DNA of 9,066 bases, taken from a virus. Taxonomy: Duplodnaviria > Heunggongvirae > Uroviricota > Caudoviricetes. The stretch lies in the IMG/VR virus record IMGVR_UViG_2582580966_000020. One strand, written 5' to 3'. Shown here one piece after another: positions 6,581-9,066 of the stretch. The position numbers were made by a program, and so were the translations under genes. Numbering within the stretch: the first letter of the stretch is position 1; each line of letters begins with the position of its first letter. The notes beneath the pieces were generated by a model, which saw only the letters and a list, made by a program, of their open reading frames with translations, was not told where the DNA came from and ran no database searches.

Positions 6581-6904
6581 ATGAAAAAAGATAACTATTC
6601 ATTCAAACGAGCTTGTGCTGTTGTCGGTGGGCAATCAGCAATGGCTAGGCTTTTAGGTGTATCTCCTCCAAGCGTAAATCAATGGATCAAAGGTGTACGT
6701 CAGTTACCTGCTGAGAGATGTCCTGCGATTGAACGAGCAACAAAAGGTGGTGTCCTGTGTGAAGAACTTCGTCCTGATGTTGATTGGACATACTTACGAC
6801 GCTCGTCATGTTATTCGCAGAATATGTCGATGAAGCAACCAAATGACGAAAACGATCATACCCGAAGCATCAAGAGGCAAATGATTCATGAAAATCAAAC
6901 ATGA
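6581..6904 (+). CDS. ydaS: Cro-like HTH regulator, YdaS family
   Basis: MKKDNYSFKRACAVVGGQSAMARLLGVSPPSVNQWIKGVRQLPAERCPAIERAT matches the YdaS family as I recall it. ATG at 6581 has GGAG 8 nt upstream and lies just downstream of the predicted PR start. The ORF-track GTG at 6560 would sit at or before the transcription start. Confidence 0.85.
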   Translation: MKKDNYSFKRACAVVGGQSAMARLLGVSPPSVNQWIKGVRQLPAERCPAIERATKGGVLCEELRPDVDWTYLRRSSCYSQNMSMKQPNDENDHTRSIKRQMIHENQT

Positions 6905-7313
6905 GCACATCCGCATGGCGATGAATGCCTGGGCATACCCTGATGGTGAGAAAGTTCCTGCAGCTGAAATAGCCCGGACTTATTTCGAACTGGGGATGAC
7001 GTTCCCTGAACTGTACGACGACAGCCATCCGGAAGCCCTGGCCCGTAATACCCAGAAAATTTTCCGTTGGCTGGATAAAGACACCCCTGATGCTGTTGAA
7101 AAAATGCAGGCTCTGTTACCGGCGATCGAAAAGGCGATGCCGCCTTTGCTGGTGGCCCGTATGCGCAGCCACAGTTCTGAATATTACCGTGAGATCGTCG
7201 AACGGAGGGATCGGCTGGGGAAGGATGTCGATGATTTTGTTGCGTCAGCGGTTGTTTTGTATGACCAGATGAATCGCGGCGGCCCGGCAGGGAATGCTGT
7301 GGTGATGCACTAA
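6888..7313 (+). CDS. ydaT: YdaT-family protein (toxic partner of the RacR-controlled ydaS-ydaT pair), 141 aa, divergent
   Basis: Starts MKIKHEHI and ends VVMH, like K-12 YdaT as recalled, with similar length. Overlaps the ydaS 3' end by 17 bp. The middle of the protein differs from K-12. Confidence 0.75.
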   Translation: MKIKHEHIRMAMNAWAYPDGEKVPAAEIARTYFELGMTFPELYDDSHPEALARNTQKIFRWLDKDTPDAVEKMQALLPAIEKAMPPLLVARMRSHSSEYYREIVERRDRLGKDVDDFVASAVVLYDQMNRGGPAGNAVVMH

Positions 7314-7335
7314 AAGCACGGTGTTCGGGGGTTTT

Positions 7336-8298
7336 ATGAGCAGCAAGCTTCATGGTCTTGTCTGGGAAGGGTGCGCCTTCACCGGCATGATCTTATCCAG
7401 GGTGGCGGTTATGGCCCGTCTTGCAGACTACAGCAATGACGAGGGCGTGTCATGGCCTGCCATTGAAACTATCCGGCGTCAGATCGGTGCAAGAAGTGAA
7501 TCCACAGTGAAATCGGCTATTGCAGAACTGGCGAAAGAGGGCTGGCTGACGAAGGAAGAGCGTAAGGTCGGTGGGCGTAATGTAAGCAATATCTATCGGC
7601 TTAATGTGGAAAAACTCGAAGCAGCTGCGGCGGCGGCGCGTGAGTCATATAAACCGAAAAGAAAAATTAGCCCGGCAAAAAATGACCCGTTAACAGTTGA
7701 CCCGTCAAATATTGACCCCTCAACGGTTGACCCGTCAAATTTTGATGGATCAACTGTTGATAAAAAACTGCCGATTAGGGGGGCGATGATTGACCCCGAT
7801 CCGTCAGTATTAAAACCTGATCCGTCAGATAAAAGATCTTCTTGTCCGGACGCTTCGCAACCGGACCCGCAGACGGCTGAACAGGATTTTTTAACCCGAC
7901 ACCCTGACGCGGTTGTGTTCAGTGCGAAAAAACGCCAGTGGGGAAGTCAGGAAGATTTGGTGTGCGCACAGTGGATCTGGGGACGAATCGTGAGTCTTTA
8001 CGAGCAGGCGGCCAGCGATGATGGCGAGATCACTAGACCGAAAGAACCCAACTGGACAGCATGGGCCAATGACGTTCGCACAATGCGGATGCTGGATGGC
8101 AGAACTCACAGACAAATTTGTGAAATGTTTGGGCGTCTCCAGCGGGATTCGTTCTGGGTAAAAAACATCATGAGTCCGGCAAAACTCCGGGAAAAATGGG
8201 ATGAACTGGTTATCCGCCTGGGGCGTTCGCCTGCGCAGCGTTGCGTGAATCACATTTCTGAACCGGACACTGAAATTCCGCCGGGCTTCAGGGGGTAA
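7336..8298 (+). CDS. Phage replication initiation / replisome organiser protein (O-like; N-terminal HTH, C-terminal DnaT-like domain), contains origin iterons
   Basis: N-terminal winged-HTH-like region (SWPAIETIRRQIGARSESTVKSAIAELAKEGWL). Central peptide repeats (VDPSNIDPSTVDPSNFDGSTVD) are encoded by tandem 15-bp iterons. C-terminal region is typical of DnaT-like replication proteins. Start is given at ATG 7336; the ORF-track GTG at 7321 is the alternative. Confidence 0.75.
   Translation: MSSKLHGLVWEGCAFTGMILSRVAVMARLADYSNDEGVSWPAIETIRRQIGARSESTVKSAIAELAKEGWLTKEERKVGGRNVSNIYRLNVEKLEAAAAAARESYKPKRKISPAKNDPLTVDPSNIDPSTVDPSNFDGSTVDKKLPIRGAMIDPDPSVLKPDPSDKRSSCPDASQPDPQTAEQDFLTRHPDAVVFSAKKRQWGSQEDLVCAQWIWGRIVSLYEQAASDDGEITRPKEPNWTAWANDVRTMRMLDGRTHRQICEMFGRLQRDSFWVKNIMSPAKLREKWDELVIRLGRSPAQRCVNHISEPDTEIPPGFRG
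7681..7770. repeat. Tandem 15-bp iterons (putative prophage origin of replication) inside the O-like gene
   Basis: GTTGACCCGTCAAAT at 7696-7710 and again at 7726-7740, with ATTGACCCCTCAACG between them and degenerate units on either side. Each unit has internal dyad symmetry (TTGAC...GTCAA). A further GATCCGTCAG repeat lies at 7797-7806 and 7819-7828. Confidence 0.6.
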
Positions 8299-8338
8299 GT
8301 GTTAATTTCTGGTCATGAGGTAATTTTCAGGAGGGCTT

Positions 8339-8761
8339 GTGGCAAAAGTTTTTACACAAGAAGAGCGGGAGAAAATTAAAGGGCAGGTTGTTGAACTCGT
8401 ACGCCAGAGTGGGCGCGAGACGTTACGACAACTGGAAACTAAAACTGGGGCAACAAGATATCTGATGAGCGTTCTGACCAGAGAGCTGGTTGCCAGTGGC
8501 GATGTATACAACTCTGGTTACGGGTTATTCCCGTCTGAACAGGTGCGTAAGGACTGGCAAAATGCCCGTAAAAAGCTCTCAAGGGCAAAGCCGAAGAAAC
8601 CATCTGCGGTTGATCCGGACCTTATCTGGTCATTACCTGACGGAGAAATACGTCGCTACGACAGGCGTCAGAACATAATCTGTCGCGAGTGCCGGAAGAG
8701 CGAAGTTATGCAGCGCATATTGTCGTTTTATCAGGGTAATTTTCAGAAGGTGCTGTTGTGA
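8339..8761 (+). CDS. Hypothetical 140-aa protein in the replication module (possible winged-helix DNA-binding protein)
   Basis: GTG start at 8339 with GGAGGG 3 nt upstream. It follows the O-like gene, where a helicase loader (P or DnaC-like) would be expected. No recognisable family. Confidence 0.55.
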   Translation: MAKVFTQEEREKIKGQVVELVRQSGRETLRQLETKTGATRYLMSVLTRELVASGDVYNSGYGLFPSEQVRKDWQNARKKLSRAKPKKPSAVDPDLIWSLPDGEIRRYDRRQNIICRECRKSEVMQRILSFYQGNFQKVLL

Positions 8762-8810
8762 GCCAAATTAACAATCGGAACTTCGTGAAGAGAAAGCATA
8801 ATCCAAATCT

Positions 8811-9066
8811 GGTGATGCTGCCAACTTACTGATTTAGTGTATGATGGTGTTTTTGAGGTGCTCCAGTGGCTTCTGTTTCTATCAGCTGTCCCTCCTGTTC
8901 AGCTACTGACGGGGTGGTGCGTAACGGCAAAAGCACCGCCGGACATCAGCGCTATCTCTGCTCTCACTGCCGTAAAACATGGCAACTGCAGTTCACTTAC
9001 ACCGCTTCTCAACCCGGTACGCACCAGAAAATCATTGATATGGCCATGAATGGCGTTGGATGCCGG
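8811..9066 (+). mobile_element. IS1 insertion sequence, left end (partial; continues beyond the window)
   Basis: Begins with the IS1 terminal inverted repeat GGTGATGCTGCCAACTTACTGAT at 8811, followed by sequence I recognise as IS1 including the insA start. Confidence 0.9.
8866..9066 (+). CDS. insA: IS1 transposase InsA (N-terminal 67 codons, truncated by window end)
   Basis: GTG start at 8866, 56 nt into the element. Translation is [67 protein letters not shown], the zinc-finger N-terminus of InsA. The ORF-track entry 8837-9049 is in a different frame and is not insA. Confidence 0.85.
   Translation, partial: MASVSISCPSCSATDGVVRNGKSTAGHQRYLCSHCRKTWQLQFTYTASQPGTHQKIIDMAMNGVGCR

Noticed and set aside
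6895-7353. 152-aa minus-strand ORF
   Set aside because: Antisense to ydaT and the start of the O-like gene; His/Pro/Ser-rich translation; no RBS.
7681-7830. Possible CRISPR array, from the short tandem repeats
   Set aside because: The units are contiguous 15-bp repeats with no spacers, lie inside a coding gene, and are in frame as peptide repeats. They are iterons of a replication origin.
7891-8253. 120-aa minus-strand ORF
   Set aside because: Antisense inside the O-like gene; no supporting signals.
8837-9049. 70-aa plus-strand ORF inside IS1
   Set aside because: Wrong reading frame. The real gene is insA starting at GTG 8866; the correct frame translates to the recognised InsA N-terminus.

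Overview
This window is an internal segment of a Rac-like lambdoid prophage (Escherichia/Shigella-type host), running from the integrase end through the immunity switch into the replication module, where an IS1 copy cuts in at 8811. No search or computation was run; all calls rest on reading the ORF translations and the DNA by eye, and family names are recalled from memory. Minus-strand early-left operon: PL/OL, a DUF1391-like small gene, a 110-aa hypothetical, two small coupled genes, an 823-aa RecE-like mosaic exonuclease, xis, int. Immunity switch: a RacR-like repressor flanked by tripartite TAGGC-N3-GCCTA operators with mirror-image PL and PR promoters. Plus-strand operon: ydaS (Cro-like), ydaT, an O-like replisome organiser with internal iterons, a 140-aa hypothetical, then IS1. 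The best candidate for something undescribed is an AT-rich, convergently overlapping two-gene cassette (4924-5509) inside the early-left operon: its plus-strand 91-aa gene has a strong RBS and its own intrinsic terminator. Second is the RecE-like protein, which carries a DEDDh 3'-5' exonuclease domain in place of the RecE nuclease and has no annealase gene beside it. No tRNA, rRNA or CRISPR array was seen.
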